This document shows positions 47,989 to 58,148 of a DNA stretch of 64,000 nt, piece by piece. Source of the DNA: Parachlamydiales bacterium (GTDB lineage Bacteria > Chlamydiota > Chlamydiia > Chlamydiales > SM23-39). A program made the translations under genes and the position numbers. The stretch is taken from the NCBI GenBank assembly GCA_041661445.1, contig JBAZUK010000003.1, forward strand, positions 129,885 through 193,884, read 5' to 3'. The notes below the pieces were generated by a model that saw nothing but the letters and a program-made list of their open reading frames with translations, had not been told where the DNA came from and did no database searches. Position 1 is the first letter of the stretch. Every line of letters starts with the position of its first letter.

Positions 47989-49119
47989 TTAATAAAAAAA
48001 ACTTTTAAATTCGGAATCATTTTTTACATTATCAAAATATTTCTCTGATAAAATTGACTCAAGATCAATATCGCCGAACTGAATGGCTGTTTTAAGCCAA
48101 CCACCTGCAGGTTTGGCTTCTTTTAACATAGCAAAGGCTTTAGCATTGGTTAAAGCCACAAACTTAGTAGCAGATAACTTATAACAGTCTGAAGATAACT
48201 CTTTTACAAGATCAAAATTATTTTCTTCAAAAGCCAATTTATGCAAAAGACAAATTGCATCATCCATGAGATTATTTTTTATCAACAGAAGATATTCATA
48301 GGCTTTTTTGAAATCATTTTTTTCATAGGCAATAAAAGCAAGGTAATGAACGGCTTGATTATAGATCATGCCGTCATGAGTCTGATTTCTAAGATCCATC
48401 AGAAGTTCTTCTGCTTCAGCATAATCTTTTTTTTGGAATAAAAATATTGCCTTATTAAGTTTATTTACCAATTTTTCATCTCTATCATCTTTCGATAAAT
48501 CCTTTGATTTCCTATAAAGCTCAAAGCTCTGGAAAGCAAAAAGGAAAAATAAAGCTCCTAATAAATATTGTCTTAAGGCAAAAGATACCAGTGCAATCAA
48601 TGTAGCAATGACAAATCCCAAAATCAAAGATGCCTTAAATCCTTTAACACCAAAAAAACCTTCCAGCGCGATCCGTAAAAGCTGGCCTCCATCTAAAGGC
48701 AATACCGGGATAAGGTTGACCAAAGACCAGAAAAGATTAACTGAGCTGAAGATTTTAAGAGTGCTTAAGGCTAGAGGATTTTTAATAAAATCAAACCATA
48801 TAATTAAAACAGAAATGGCAAAAAGCAGAATACCGAATAATGGCCCATTCAATGTAATTAAAAACTGCTGGTAATACTTTAACGTTTTTCCATGATATGT
48901 TGTTAATCCTCCCATGGCAACTAATTGAATTTTAACTCTTTGTTTAAAAATCAGAGCCATTACAGCGTGACCTAGCTCATGAACCAAAACTGAAACAAAA
49001 ATTATTCCAATCCAGAAAAAAGTTCCAATCAGACTTCCGCTCATAAAAAACCCGATAAGAGCTGAAAATAACCAAAAAAACGGATGAATATAAATAGGTA
49101 TTTTTTTAATAATTTGCAT
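47989..49119 (-). CDS. M50 family (site-2 protease-type) membrane metalloprotease with C-terminal TPR-like helical domain
   Basis: HExxH in a TM helix (VLVHELGHAV) and the second M50 motif NLIPVLPLDGGQLL. The C-terminal ~170 aa are soluble and helical-repeat-like (YAEAEELL...YNQAVHYLAFIAYEKNDFKKAYEYL). Confidence 0.8.
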   Translation of the reverse strand: MQIIKKIPIYIHPFFWLFSALIGFFMSGSLIGTFFWIGIIFVSVLVHELGHAVMALIFKQRVKIQLVAMGGLTTYHGKTLKYYQQFLITLNGPLFGILLFAISVLIIWFDFIKNPLALSTLKIFSSVNLFWSLVNLIPVLPLDGGQLLRIALEGFFGVKGFKASLILGFVIATLIALVSFALRQYLLGALFFLFAFQSFELYRKSKDLSKDDRDEKLVNKLNKAIFLFQKKDYAEAEELLMDLRNQTHDGMIYNQAVHYLAFIAYEKNDFKKAYEYLLLIKNNLMDDAICLLHKLAFEENNFDLVKELSSDCYKLSATKFVALTNAKAFAMLKEAKPAGGWLKTAIQFGDIDLESILSEKYFDNVKNDSEFKSFFY

Positions 49120-49150
49120 TTTTTAATATCCTTCTTTTATTCTTTGTTAT

Positions 49151-50098
49151 GTGATAGAATTCATTTTCAATCAAGGAAATTTTACAATGTTGAACTTTTT
49201 TAAATCCAAGCTGAAAAACATAACAAATTTCATCAAAAATATTTCAATAGGGAAAAAAATAAAAGATCTTTTTTCTAAGAAAATCGATGATCAGCTTTTT
49301 GAAGAGCTTGAAAAACTTTTTTATGAAGCAGACCTTGGAATAAAAATTTCAGTAGAACTAACAGAAAAATTAAAAGAAATCTTAAAAAAAGACCCTAACA
49401 TTAAAACAGAAGAAATATTGCAGATCATCAAAAAAGAATTATTAAAAGATACGATATCTTGTGAAGAAGTTACCTTAAAAAAACCGCATGTTATAATGAT
49501 CGTGGGTGTAAATGGGAGCGGTAAGACCACTTCTATCGGCAAGCTAGCCAAATACTACAAAGATCAAAATAAAAATGTATTATTGATCGCTGCTGATACC
49601 TATAGGGCAGCAGCCGCAGATCAACTTTCAATCTGGGCAAAAGACATTGAGGTGGATATTGTTAAATCTATCCATGGCTCAGATCCTTCTTCAGTAATAT
49701 TTGACGGCTTAAATGCAGCAAAATCAAGAAATGCGGATATAGTTATTATTGATACGGCCGGAAGACTTCATACTAAAACAAATTTAATGCAGGAACTGGA
49801 GAAAATCAAAAGAGTCTCAAAAAAAGTCATTGAAGACTCTCCTCACGAAACTATTTTAGTAGTTGATGCTACAACCGGTCAAAATGGTGTTGACCAGGCC
49901 AAAATATTTAATAGTTACACTCCTATCTCTTCTATCTTTTTAACAAAATTAGACGGTTCTGCCAAAGGCGGTATAGTACTGGCAATCCAAAAAGAAATAA
50001 AAGTTCCGATTAAATGGATCGGTGTTGGAGAAAAAGTTAAAGACATCCAGCCTTTTGAAGCTGAAAGTTTTATTGATGGACTCCTTTCTTTAGATTAG
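49151..50098 (+). CDS. ftsY: signal recognition particle receptor FtsY
   Basis: SRP-GTPase motifs GVNGSGKTTSIGKLA, DTAGRLH and TKLDGSAKGG. The track start at 49151 is a GTG. The in-frame ATG at 49187 (MLNFFKSKL), preceded by AAGGA, is the more likely start. Confidence 0.92.
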   Translation: MIEFIFNQGNFTMLNFFKSKLKNITNFIKNISIGKKIKDLFSKKIDDQLFEELEKLFYEADLGIKISVELTEKLKEILKKDPNIKTEEILQIIKKELLKDTISCEEVTLKKPHVIMIVGVNGSGKTTSIGKLAKYYKDQNKNVLLIAADTYRAAAADQLSIWAKDIEVDIVKSIHGSDPSSVIFDGLNAAKSRNADIVIIDTAGRLHTKTNLMQELEKIKRVSKKVIEDSPHETILVVDATTGQNGVDQAKIFNSYTPISSIFLTKLDGSAKGGIVLAIQKEIKVPIKWIGVGEKVKDIQPFEAESFIDGLLSLD

Positions 50099-50160
50099 CG
50101 AGTTTTTCAAATTTGTTTTTTTTTATTTTTCTGATATAACTAATAAAAAGATAATAATGT

Positions 50161-51288
50161 ATGTCAGCTGAAAAAAAATATAAATCCTTAATCAATGATA
50201 CTATTTGCTATCTGCAGGACTTAGAATTTTCTAATTTTGAACCAAATAGCATTTTTTATAGTAAGCCGGAAAATAAAAAACTATCCTCTGTTAAGAAAAC
50301 TCCAAACAAAACACAAGCTAATAATAATCTATCCAAGACCCTAAAAGAGGTTTCTGCAAACAAACAAAATCCATCCATAAAACCTCTTGTAAAAGAAACT
50401 AAAAATGAAAATCAGGGCTTTGAGAAAAAATCAACATTTGAGGAATCAAAAACAAAAAACAGCATCGATTCAATTGCCAGCCTTGAGAAAGAAGAAAAAA
50501 AGGAATTGATGCCAGATGAGTCATCTAAGCCAAAAGACATTAAATCCCTCAATGAGAAAAATTCTTTAGAAACTTCAAAATCACTTTCTGAAAAAAATCA
50601 ACTACATATTTATGACAATAATATTTTAGATAGACAGATCAATGCTCCTTTTATAAATTCTGCAAAAATATCAGAAAATAATGATCTTAAGACTGAGGAT
50701 AAATCAGATAACGATAAGTTAAGCAAGCAGTCAAATGCTGTTCTTGAAACAAAAAAAATAATCAGAGAAACTAAACCTTCTATCATTGAAGATAACTTTA
50801 ATGACATAAAAAACGTTTTAAAAAAAATACAGCCGAATCTGATATTAACTGATGAAATACCTGATGATAAAACAGCGAAACAAAAAGCACAAAAGTATAA
50901 ATTCAAAAACATCTCATCGCCGATTACGATCTTGGCTTATAAGGAAAACGAAGATTATTACAAATTCTTAGAAAAGCTCTCCATAGCCCTAAACATATAT
51001 TTTATGCCTACTAAAGTTGTTTCTGCCTATCTGATTGAAAAACAAAACAATTGGGAAGCTTTCTTTTCTGAGAATGAAATTAATTTAATTATCTCTTCGG
51101 ACTATACTGTTTTTGAACTTCCCATCTTAAGAAAACATTATAAGGAAAATCCTTCTCAGCAGGAAAAATATTTAAAAGAAATCCCATTATTTTTACTTCC
51201 GGACATATCAATTTATTTTAAGGAACCTTCTTTAAAGCTATCTCTTTTCAAAGCAATCGAGAAAAAAGTGACTGAAATAAAAAAATGA
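50161..51288 (+). CDS. hypothetical protein (K/E/S/N-rich low-complexity N-terminal two-thirds, ordered C-terminal domain)
   Basis: 375-aa ORF whose stop overlaps the priA start (ATGA at 51285-51288). No family recognised. Confidence 0.5.
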   Translation: MSAEKKYKSLINDTICYLQDLEFSNFEPNSIFYSKPENKKLSSVKKTPNKTQANNNLSKTLKEVSANKQNPSIKPLVKETKNENQGFEKKSTFEESKTKNSIDSIASLEKEEKKELMPDESSKPKDIKSLNEKNSLETSKSLSEKNQLHIYDNNILDRQINAPFINSAKISENNDLKTEDKSDNDKLSKQSNAVLETKKIIRETKPSIIEDNFNDIKNVLKKIQPNLILTDEIPDDKTAKQKAQKYKFKNISSPITILAYKENEDYYKFLEKLSIALNIYFMPTKVVSAYLIEKQNNWEAFFSENEINLIISSDYTVFELPILRKHYKENPSQQEKYLKEIPLFLLPDISIYFKEPSLKLSLFKAIEKKVTEIKK

Positions 51289-53501
51289 ATATTGCAAGCG
51301 TAATAGTTGAAAATAATATTAATAAACCTCTTGACTATCTGATCCCTGAAAACTTTCAATCAAAAATCAAAGAAGGCATGTTGGTCGAAGTCCCTCTTCG
51401 GGGAAAATTAACCAAGGGAATTATCATTGCAATAAAAGACTCCTCTCACCTGAAAGAAATTTTGCAGATAAACCGGATTGTTTTTGATGAAGCTATTTCA
51501 AAAGACATCTTTTCTTTAGCCATCTGGATGTCAGCATATTATTGCAGTCCATTATCTAAAATTTTAAAATGCATAATTCCCAGCAGCGTTCGAAATGAAA
51601 TAACTTCCAAATATCAGATACTCATATATTCAAATAAAACAAAAAACGAACTTTTAGATATTTTAAAAGAACTTCTCATCAAAAACCCCAAGCAGGCTAT
51701 TGTCATCGAACACATTTTGAAATCTCCAAAAAAAGTTTTATTGTCTAATCTTCTATCTGAAACAGATTTATCAAAAGCTCCCATCGAAAGCTTGATCAAG
51801 AAAAAGATTCTGTCTTCAAAAAAAATCCTAGCCGATGAAATTGATGTCTTAAACAACGTTGAATATTTCCAAACCACAAAAAAAGTTCTTAATAATGATC
51901 AGCAAAATGCCTTAGACAAGATTAATAACAGTTTAGAAAACAACTTGTTTTCTACACATTTGATTTATGGAGTAACCGGAAGCGGTAAAACGGAAGTCTA
52001 CATGCAGGCGATTGAAAAAGCGCTATCTTTGAACAAAAGCGCGATAATGCTAGTGCCTGAGATATCATTAACCACGCAGACAATTGAAAGATTCCGCTCT
52101 CGGTTTAAAGAAAAAATGGCGATATTTCATCATAAAAGATCTTCCGGAGAAAAAAGTCTGGCTTGGGAAAACGTCATCCAGGGAAAAGCTAAAATCATTA
52201 TCGGGGCCAGGTCCTGCATTTTTGCTCCAGTAAAAGATCTGGGATTAATAATAGTCGACGAAGAACATGACCCTTCATACAAACAGACCTCAGAAACCCC
52301 GACTTATAATGCTAAACACCTGGCAATAATGCGCGGCAAGTTAAATAATGCAACGATAGTTCTTGCAAGCGCAACGCCATCTATTGAAAGCTATTACAAT
52401 GCTATGTCTAACAAATTCATTTTAAGCAGCCTTTTTCAGAGGACCAACAATTCAGAACTTGCAAATGTAAAAATTGTTAACATGAAAATCGAAAAGAACA
52501 AAACAAATGGATATTTTTCAGAAGAACTTCTATCTGCAATTAAACAAAGATACGAAAAAGGCGAACAGACAATCTTGTTTATCAATCGAAGAGGATACAA
52601 TACCTCTATTCGCTGTACTAACTGCGATTATACTTTTAGATGTCCTCATTGCGATATTACCCTTACTTACCATAAAAAAGAAAATAACCTACGCTGTCAT
52701 TTATGCGGAACAAAAGTTGAAATAATAAAAAACTGTCCTAGCTGCCAAAGCAATGAATATATTAAATACCAAGGCTATGGATCAGAGCATATCCAAAATG
52801 CCTTGAAAGCCATCTTCCCGCATATCAGGTCTATTCGAGTTGACAGGGACACCACAACAACCAAAGATGGTCTGGAGGACATGTTGAAACAGTTTAGGTC
52901 AGGAAAAGCCGATGTTCTCATTGGAACTCAGATGATCGTTAAAGGCCTTCACTATCCATCAGTTACTTTAGTTGGAATATTAAATACAGATGCTGCATTA
53001 AATATTCCGGATTTTAGAGCATCGGAGAGAGTCTTTCAGCTCATCACTCAAGCTTGCGGCCGTGCCGGTAGAGCTGAACTGAAAGGCGAGGTCCTTATAC
53101 AAACTTATATGCACGATAATGATACGATCAAATATGCTTCCAAGCAGGACTATTTAAGTTTTTATGAAAAAGAAATTGAGACTAGAAAACTATTCGAATA
53201 TCCTCCGTTCTGTCAAATGGTGAAAATTGCCTTTTTATCAAAAGATGAGCTAAAAGCTAAGGCAGCTGCTGTTGAATTTAGGAAATTATTAATCGAAAAT
53301 GTAAATGATACTTACAAAATTCATCCCGTTTTACCTTGCGGCAGAGCCAAGATAAAAGATGTTTTTAAATACCAGTTTTTAATAAGAGGCAAAAATATTA
53401 AAAATCTTTGCTTGGAAATTAAAAAAATTAAAGATAACTTTAAAGCTCATTCTGATGTTATTGTTTTCATAGATGTTGATCCAATTGATACATATTTTTA
53501 A
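51285..53501 (+). CDS. priA: primosomal protein N' (replication restart helicase PriA)
   Basis: Walker A GVTGSGKTEVY, DEEHD box, and the Cys-rich zinc-binding insert CTNCDYTFRCPHCDITLTYHKKENNLRCHLCG...CPSC. Confidence 0.93.
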   Translation: MNIASVIVENNINKPLDYLIPENFQSKIKEGMLVEVPLRGKLTKGIIIAIKDSSHLKEILQINRIVFDEAISKDIFSLAIWMSAYYCSPLSKILKCIIPSSVRNEITSKYQILIYSNKTKNELLDILKELLIKNPKQAIVIEHILKSPKKVLLSNLLSETDLSKAPIESLIKKKILSSKKILADEIDVLNNVEYFQTTKKVLNNDQQNALDKINNSLENNLFSTHLIYGVTGSGKTEVYMQAIEKALSLNKSAIMLVPEISLTTQTIERFRSRFKEKMAIFHHKRSSGEKSLAWENVIQGKAKIIIGARSCIFAPVKDLGLIIVDEEHDPSYKQTSETPTYNAKHLAIMRGKLNNATIVLASATPSIESYYNAMSNKFILSSLFQRTNNSELANVKIVNMKIEKNKTNGYFSEELLSAIKQRYEKGEQTILFINRRGYNTSIRCTNCDYTFRCPHCDITLTYHKKENNLRCHLCGTKVEIIKNCPSCQSNEYIKYQGYGSEHIQNALKAIFPHIRSIRVDRDTTTTKDGLEDMLKQFRSGKADVLIGTQMIVKGLHYPSVTLVGILNTDAALNIPDFRASERVFQLITQACGRAGRAELKGEVLIQTYMHDNDTIKYASKQDYLSFYEKEIETRKLFEYPPFCQMVKIAFLSKDELKAKAAAVEFRKLLIENVNDTYKIHPVLPCGRAKIKDVFKYQFLIRGKNIKNLCLEIKKIKDNFKAHSDVIVFIDVDPIDTYF

Positions 53502-53656
53502 AATTAATTCTTATTAAAAAAATTTAAGAAAAAAATATATAAAAATTTATAAAAAATGTTTTATTCAATTAAAATTATGATGAATAACCGTTTTAAATAA
53601 AGATACTTAATAAATTTCTGACAAATATAAAGTCATAGTTTATATTTGTCATTATT

Positions 53657-54082
53657 TTGAAAAATTATTCAAAACGTATTGTAAAAACACCTAAGATCTA
53701 CTTTGCAGACACTGGGCTTTTATGCTACCTTCTCTCTATAAGAAATATAGATCATCTCAAAACACATCCCCTTCTTGGTTCAATTTTTGAAACATTTATT
53801 GTAAATGAGTGTTTTAAAAGATTTTTAAATATAGGAGAAACTCCTCCGCTTTATTTCTGGAGAGACCAGTCCGGCAATGAAGTTGATTTAATAATTCAAA
53901 ATGGGAGAAAAGGATTTCCTATTGAGATTAAACTTTCTCAATCATTTAACCTCGATTTTAAAAAGAGCATCGAAAAATGGTTAGAATTAAAAAACAATTC
54001 TGCAACAAAGGGAATGGTTGTCTATTGTGGAAATGAAGCCATAAGTAATAACATTTCGGTTATTCCTTGGTTTTACTTATAA
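53657..54082 (+). pseudogene. C-terminal DUF4143 fragment of a COG1373-type AAA ATPase (remnant)
   Basis: PKIYFADTGLLCYLL...GSIFETFIVNE...FWRDQSGNEVDLI matches the DUF4143 C-terminal half of these ATPases. No AAA/Walker region precedes it, the start is a TTG, and the upstream 155 nt are non-coding. Confidence 0.55.
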
Positions 54083-54102
54083 TTTTTTTTATTTGATATT
54101 TT

Positions 54103-55500
54103 TTAATTATTTTCAAACTGCATGTTGGCCTGATTAATAAACATTTCCATGCCATAAATTACAAGACAACCTCTTTGCTGCGCATTCTTTAAAAAGGGAG
54201 TCTCAATAGGTTTAGAAACAACATCCATAGCAATAGTGCCAGAAATTAAACATTCGGCGGGTATAATATCGACATCTTCCATTCCTGTAGAGGTTGCATT
54301 AATTATCACATCATATCCTTCTTTCATAACATCTTTAATTCTTTCAAGAGGGAAAGCCTTACATTGCAGTTTTGATGCCAAATCATAAGCTTTTTTCTGA
54401 TCTCTATTAAAGATCGATAAATTAGCTTTTCTTTTTACTGCTTCATAAGCTATTGCTTTAGCTACACCACCAGCACCGATAAGAAGCACTCTTTTATCTT
54501 TGATTTTAATTTTTTTCTCAATGGAATCAATAGCAGCTATGCCATCTGTGTTATATCCGATTAATTTCTGATCTTTTATTAGAATTGTATTTATTGAACC
54601 AACATTTGCCTTATCTTCATCTATAAAAGATAAAACATTTTCTTTTAAAGGCATGGTAACGCTAAATCCGACAAACGGAAACTTTTTAATCGCAGTAAAA
54701 AATACCGGCAGCTCATGAGCCTGAAGATTGATTTTTACGTATACAGCATTGATATTTTTTTTTGAAATATAGTCATTGTGATAAAGATGCCCTAAGGAAT
54801 TATCCAAGGGATAACCGATCAATGCATAAATTTTAGTGTCAGAATCAATTTTTCTATAATTATAGACATTTAACAAATCTTCTAATGAAATCTGTCCCAA
54901 AGCATTTTTTTTATCAACATTTGCATAAGTTATTTTATTACCGTAGATCTTTGATATTACTCTAACAAAAGATCCATTATCTCCCATAGGAATAGCAATC
55001 AAGCTTCCATCATTATTTTCTTTTAAGAATTCTAATACTTTTAAACTGTCTATCGAATTTTTAGCCTGAGTTGCGATCTTATAAAAAGTCGCATAGGGGT
55101 TTCTGATACTTTTTAATACTTCTTTCAGATCATCTGGGGTATTTTCAAAATTATGATAAGAAGTAATTATTTTTACATCCGGATGTTCCTTTGTCATCTT
55201 CATTAAAAAATCAACCGAGATATCGGATTCCAAGTCAAAATAATTCGGTTTTAAGGAAAAAAGCCTGGAGAGATCAAAGTATAACTTATTATCATGCTGA
55301 AGATATTTTCCACCGTGCTGTTTTCTTCTTAATGAAAAGATTACGGTTTTATTCCAATATTTTTGTAATTTTTGTATTTTTATTAAATCTATTGCATCTA
55401 AACAATCCAATCTGATTTCAATTGCATCGGCTAAACCCGCATCTTTAATTTGCCTTTTAGCAGAAAACAAATCAGGACCTGTTACAACAGCTGTTAACAT
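54103..55500 (-). CDS. aroE: bifunctional 3-dehydroquinate dehydratase (type I) / shikimate 5-dehydrogenase (AroD-AroE fusion)
   Basis: The N-terminal ~220 aa are DHQase-I-like. The C-terminal half has the shikimate dehydrogenase motifs LIGYPLDNSLGHLYHN, NTDG and the NADP-binding GAGGVAKAIAYE. Confidence 0.85.
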   Translation of the reverse strand: MLTAVVTGPDLFSAKRQIKDAGLADAIEIRLDCLDAIDLIKIQKLQKYWNKTVIFSLRRKQHGGKYLQHDNKLYFDLSRLFSLKPNYFDLESDISVDFLMKMTKEHPDVKIITSYHNFENTPDDLKEVLKSIRNPYATFYKIATQAKNSIDSLKVLEFLKENNDGSLIAIPMGDNGSFVRVISKIYGNKITYANVDKKNALGQISLEDLLNVYNYRKIDSDTKIYALIGYPLDNSLGHLYHNDYISKKNINAVYVKINLQAHELPVFFTAIKKFPFVGFSVTMPLKENVLSFIDEDKANVGSINTILIKDQKLIGYNTDGIAAIDSIEKKIKIKDKRVLLIGAGGVAKAIAYEAVKRKANLSIFNRDQKKAYDLASKLQCKAFPLERIKDVMKEGYDVIINATSTGMEDVDIIPAECLISGTIAMDVVSKPIETPFLKNAQQRGCLVIYGMEMFINQANMQFENN

Positions 55501-56567
55501 ATTGTTTTACCTCCAACTACAAAACTAAAGGAGTTTAATATATTATTTTCAATAATTTCAACATTATTAATTGATTTGCCAATACATTTTAACAAAACAA
55601 ATCTATTTTTCCCTAAAATATTTTTTTTATCTCTTTTCAAAAATGAAATTATCTTCTCTTTTGATAAATTCGGAATGTCTTTTAAAAGTTTTTTAGTCAT
55701 TAAAAAACTATAAATTTCCTCAAATTCTTTTTTTGAAAGAAAGTTCATAACGTAAGAAAGATGGCTCTCGATCAATATCCCATAAGCCAACGCTTCTCCA
55801 TGAGTTATCTGATAATCTAAACCGGCTTCTATTGCATGGCAAATGGTATGGCCGAAGTTTAAAATTTTTCTCAAGTTATTATCATTTTCATCTTTTTGGA
55901 TAATTTTTCTTTTAATATTGATGCTTTTTATTATCATTTCTTGAGAAATAAAGCTTGAATGCAAAAGATCATAGAAATCTTTTTTTTTCATAATAAGCGT
56001 ATGTTTTAACATCTCTACAAGACCGTTTTTCATTTCATCATCACTTAAAGATTTTAAAACATCAAAATCGATAAAGACAGCTGAGGGATGATAAATAACA
56101 CCTATGGTGTTTTTTCCATATTCTGTGTTCACCCCTGTTTTGCCGCCGATTGAAGCATCTACCATGGCAAGAAGTGTAGTGGGAATTGCAACATAAGGAA
56201 TTCCCCGCATATATGTTGATGCAACAAAACCTGCGATATCACTTACTATTCCCCCTCCCAAAGCAATTATTAAACTATCTCTTCCATAGTTACTTTCTAG
56301 TATTTGATTTTCGATGAGCTCTTTAGTCTTTCTGGTTTTATTTATTTCCTTATTTTCAAAACTGAGCAGTTTGACTTTTAAATTTCGCTGTAAAAATTTT
56401 TCAAGCAAAGGTTTTGCGAGTTGCTGCTCTAAATTTTTATGAGTGATAATAACAAATGAGTTTGCCATTTTTTGGCAAAAATCTAATATGAAGGATCCTT
56501 CAAGAAGCTTATTTTCATAAAAAATATTATATGAATGATTTTTCAGTTTTACTCTTAGCTTCTTCAT
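55494..56567 (-). CDS. aroB: 3-dehydroquinate synthase
   Basis: LIIALGGGIVSDIAGFVASTYMRGIPYVAIPTTLLAMVDASIGGKTGVN plus the metal-binding GHTICHAIE...HGEALA. The start lies 41 nt inside the 3' end of aroC. Confidence 0.9.
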   Translation of the reverse strand: MKKLRVKLKNHSYNIFYENKLLEGSFILDFCQKMANSFVIITHKNLEQQLAKPLLEKFLQRNLKVKLLSFENKEINKTRKTKELIENQILESNYGRDSLIIALGGGIVSDIAGFVASTYMRGIPYVAIPTTLLAMVDASIGGKTGVNTEYGKNTIGVIYHPSAVFIDFDVLKSLSDDEMKNGLVEMLKHTLIMKKKDFYDLLHSSFISQEMIIKSINIKRKIIQKDENDNNLRKILNFGHTICHAIEAGLDYQITHGEALAYGILIESHLSYVMNFLSKKEFEEIYSFLMTKKLLKDIPNLSKEKIISFLKRDKKNILGKNRFVLLKCIGKSINNVEIIENNILNSFSFVVGGKTIC

Positions 56568-57645
56568 CGTTTAATATCCTTGTTTGATTAAGTAAAATGA
56601 AATCAACTATTGTCAAAGCGCACATTGCCTCAACAACTGGAGTAGCTCTTATTGCGATACAGGCATCATGCCTGGAATCATCTTCATATTTTAATATTAC
56701 TTTATTGCCGTAAATATCTATTGTATTAATCGGCAGACCGATTGTGGCAGCAGGTTTAAAAACTACTCTGCCGATTATCGGCATTCCATTTGAAATTCCA
56801 GCAAGAATCCCCCCTTCATTATTTGTAATTGTCCTGACCTGGTCATCAACATACTCAAAAACATCATTTCTATAAGATCCTCTTTTGTTAACCGACTCAA
56901 AACCATCGCCGATTTCAAAACCCTTGGCAGAAGGTATGCTCATCAGGGCATAAGCAAGTCTTGCATTTAATTTATCATAGATCGGCTCCCCTATTCCTAC
57001 AGGAACATTATCAATGTAAAATTCTACAATCCCTCCGATTGAATCTTTTTGATTTTTTATTTCCAAAAGCTTTTCCAACATCATCTTTTCTGCTTTTAAA
57101 TCAGGACAATAGATTGAATTTTCATCTAAGCCGCTTAAATTATTGTAATCAATATCAGCACTGATGTTTCCCAAAGATTTTAAATAAGCAAAAACCTTGA
57201 TGTTTTTTCTTTTTAGAATCTTTTTAGCAATAGCGCCTGCAGCTACTCTTAGAGCAGTTTCCCTGCCGGAGGCCCTCGAAGCTCCTCTATGATCAAATAT
57301 TTTGTATTTTTTAAGATAAGTATAATTCGCATGAGATGGCCTTAAAACATTTATTATTTCATCATAAGCACTAGATTTTACATCATTATTTTCTATAACA
57401 ATGCAGATCGGAGCTCCTGTAGTCTTTCCTTCAAAGACTCCGCTTACAATTCTAGCAAAGTCAAATTCATTTCTTTGTGAAACATACTCATTTAAATTAG
57501 GTCTTCTTTTTTTCAGTTCGATATTTATCTCTTCCTCGGAAATTTCCAGATTCGAAGGGCACCCATCAATAATAACTCCAATTAATTTTCCATGCGATTC
57601 GCCAAAAGTAGTTACTTTAAATATTTCCCCAAATGTATTACTCAT
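56527..57645 (-). CDS. aroC: chorismate synthase
   Basis: The N-terminus NTFGEIFKVTTFGESHGKLIGVIIDGCP and internal RPSHANYTY...GASRASGRETALRVAAGAIA are canonical AroC motifs. Confidence 0.92.
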   Translation of the reverse strand: MSNTFGEIFKVTTFGESHGKLIGVIIDGCPSNLEISEEEINIELKKRRPNLNEYVSQRNEFDFARIVSGVFEGKTTGAPICIVIENNDVKSSAYDEIINVLRPSHANYTYLKKYKIFDHRGASRASGRETALRVAAGAIAKKILKRKNIKVFAYLKSLGNISADIDYNNLSGLDENSIYCPDLKAEKMMLEKLLEIKNQKDSIGGIVEFYIDNVPVGIGEPIYDKLNARLAYALMSIPSAKGFEIGDGFESVNKRGSYRNDVFEYVDDQVRTITNNEGGILAGISNGMPIIGRVVFKPAATIGLPINTIDIYGNKVILKYEDDSRHDACIAIRATPVVEAMCALTIVDFILLNQTRILNDEEAKSKTEKSFI

Positions 57646-58148
57646 AATAAAATCCTCATGATTTCATCGCAGATCTGCAAAATTTCTTTGTTATCATTTA
57701 AAACGATATGATCTGCACATTGCTGATAAAGTTTTTCTCTATTTATAAATTCTTTCTCGAAAAAATGATCATCATTAAAAACAGATCTTTTTTCCTGAGA
57801 AATCCTTTTTTTTAAGATTTCTTTCGAATTTTTAAGATAAATAACAGTTTTTTTGTTTGTAAAAACTGACAAATTATTTTTATTTAAAATACATCCGCCT
57901 GATGTGGCAATAATTGAATTATCAACATTCTTTGTTGAAAAAAAAGCTTCTTCTTCAAGAAGTCTAAACTTTTCTTCTTTCAAAAAACGATATATTTCAA
58001 TTACATCACTTCTTTTCTTATTTCTTTCAAAAAAAATATCAGCGATAACATCATCCATATCTATAAAATTTTTGTTGAGCATCATGGATATTTTTTTTCC
58101 GATTGCAGATTTGCCTGAACTCTTAAATCCGATTAAAATCAAATTCAT
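57642..58148 (-). CDS. aroK: shikimate kinase
   Basis: P-loop LIGFKSSGKSAIGK, then FIDMDD and ATSGG. The track ORF starts at 58157. The ATG at 58148 (MNLILIGF) forms an ATGA overlap with the aroA stop and gives the usual N-terminal length. Confidence 0.85.
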   Translation of the reverse strand: MNLILIGFKSSGKSAIGKKISMMLNKNFIDMDDVIADIFFERNKKRSDVIEIYRFLKEEKFRLLEEEAFFSTKNVDNSIIATSGGCILNKNNLSVFTNKKTVIYLKNSKEILKKRISQEKRSVFNDDHFFEKEFINREKLYQQCADHIVLNDNKEILQICDEIMRILL

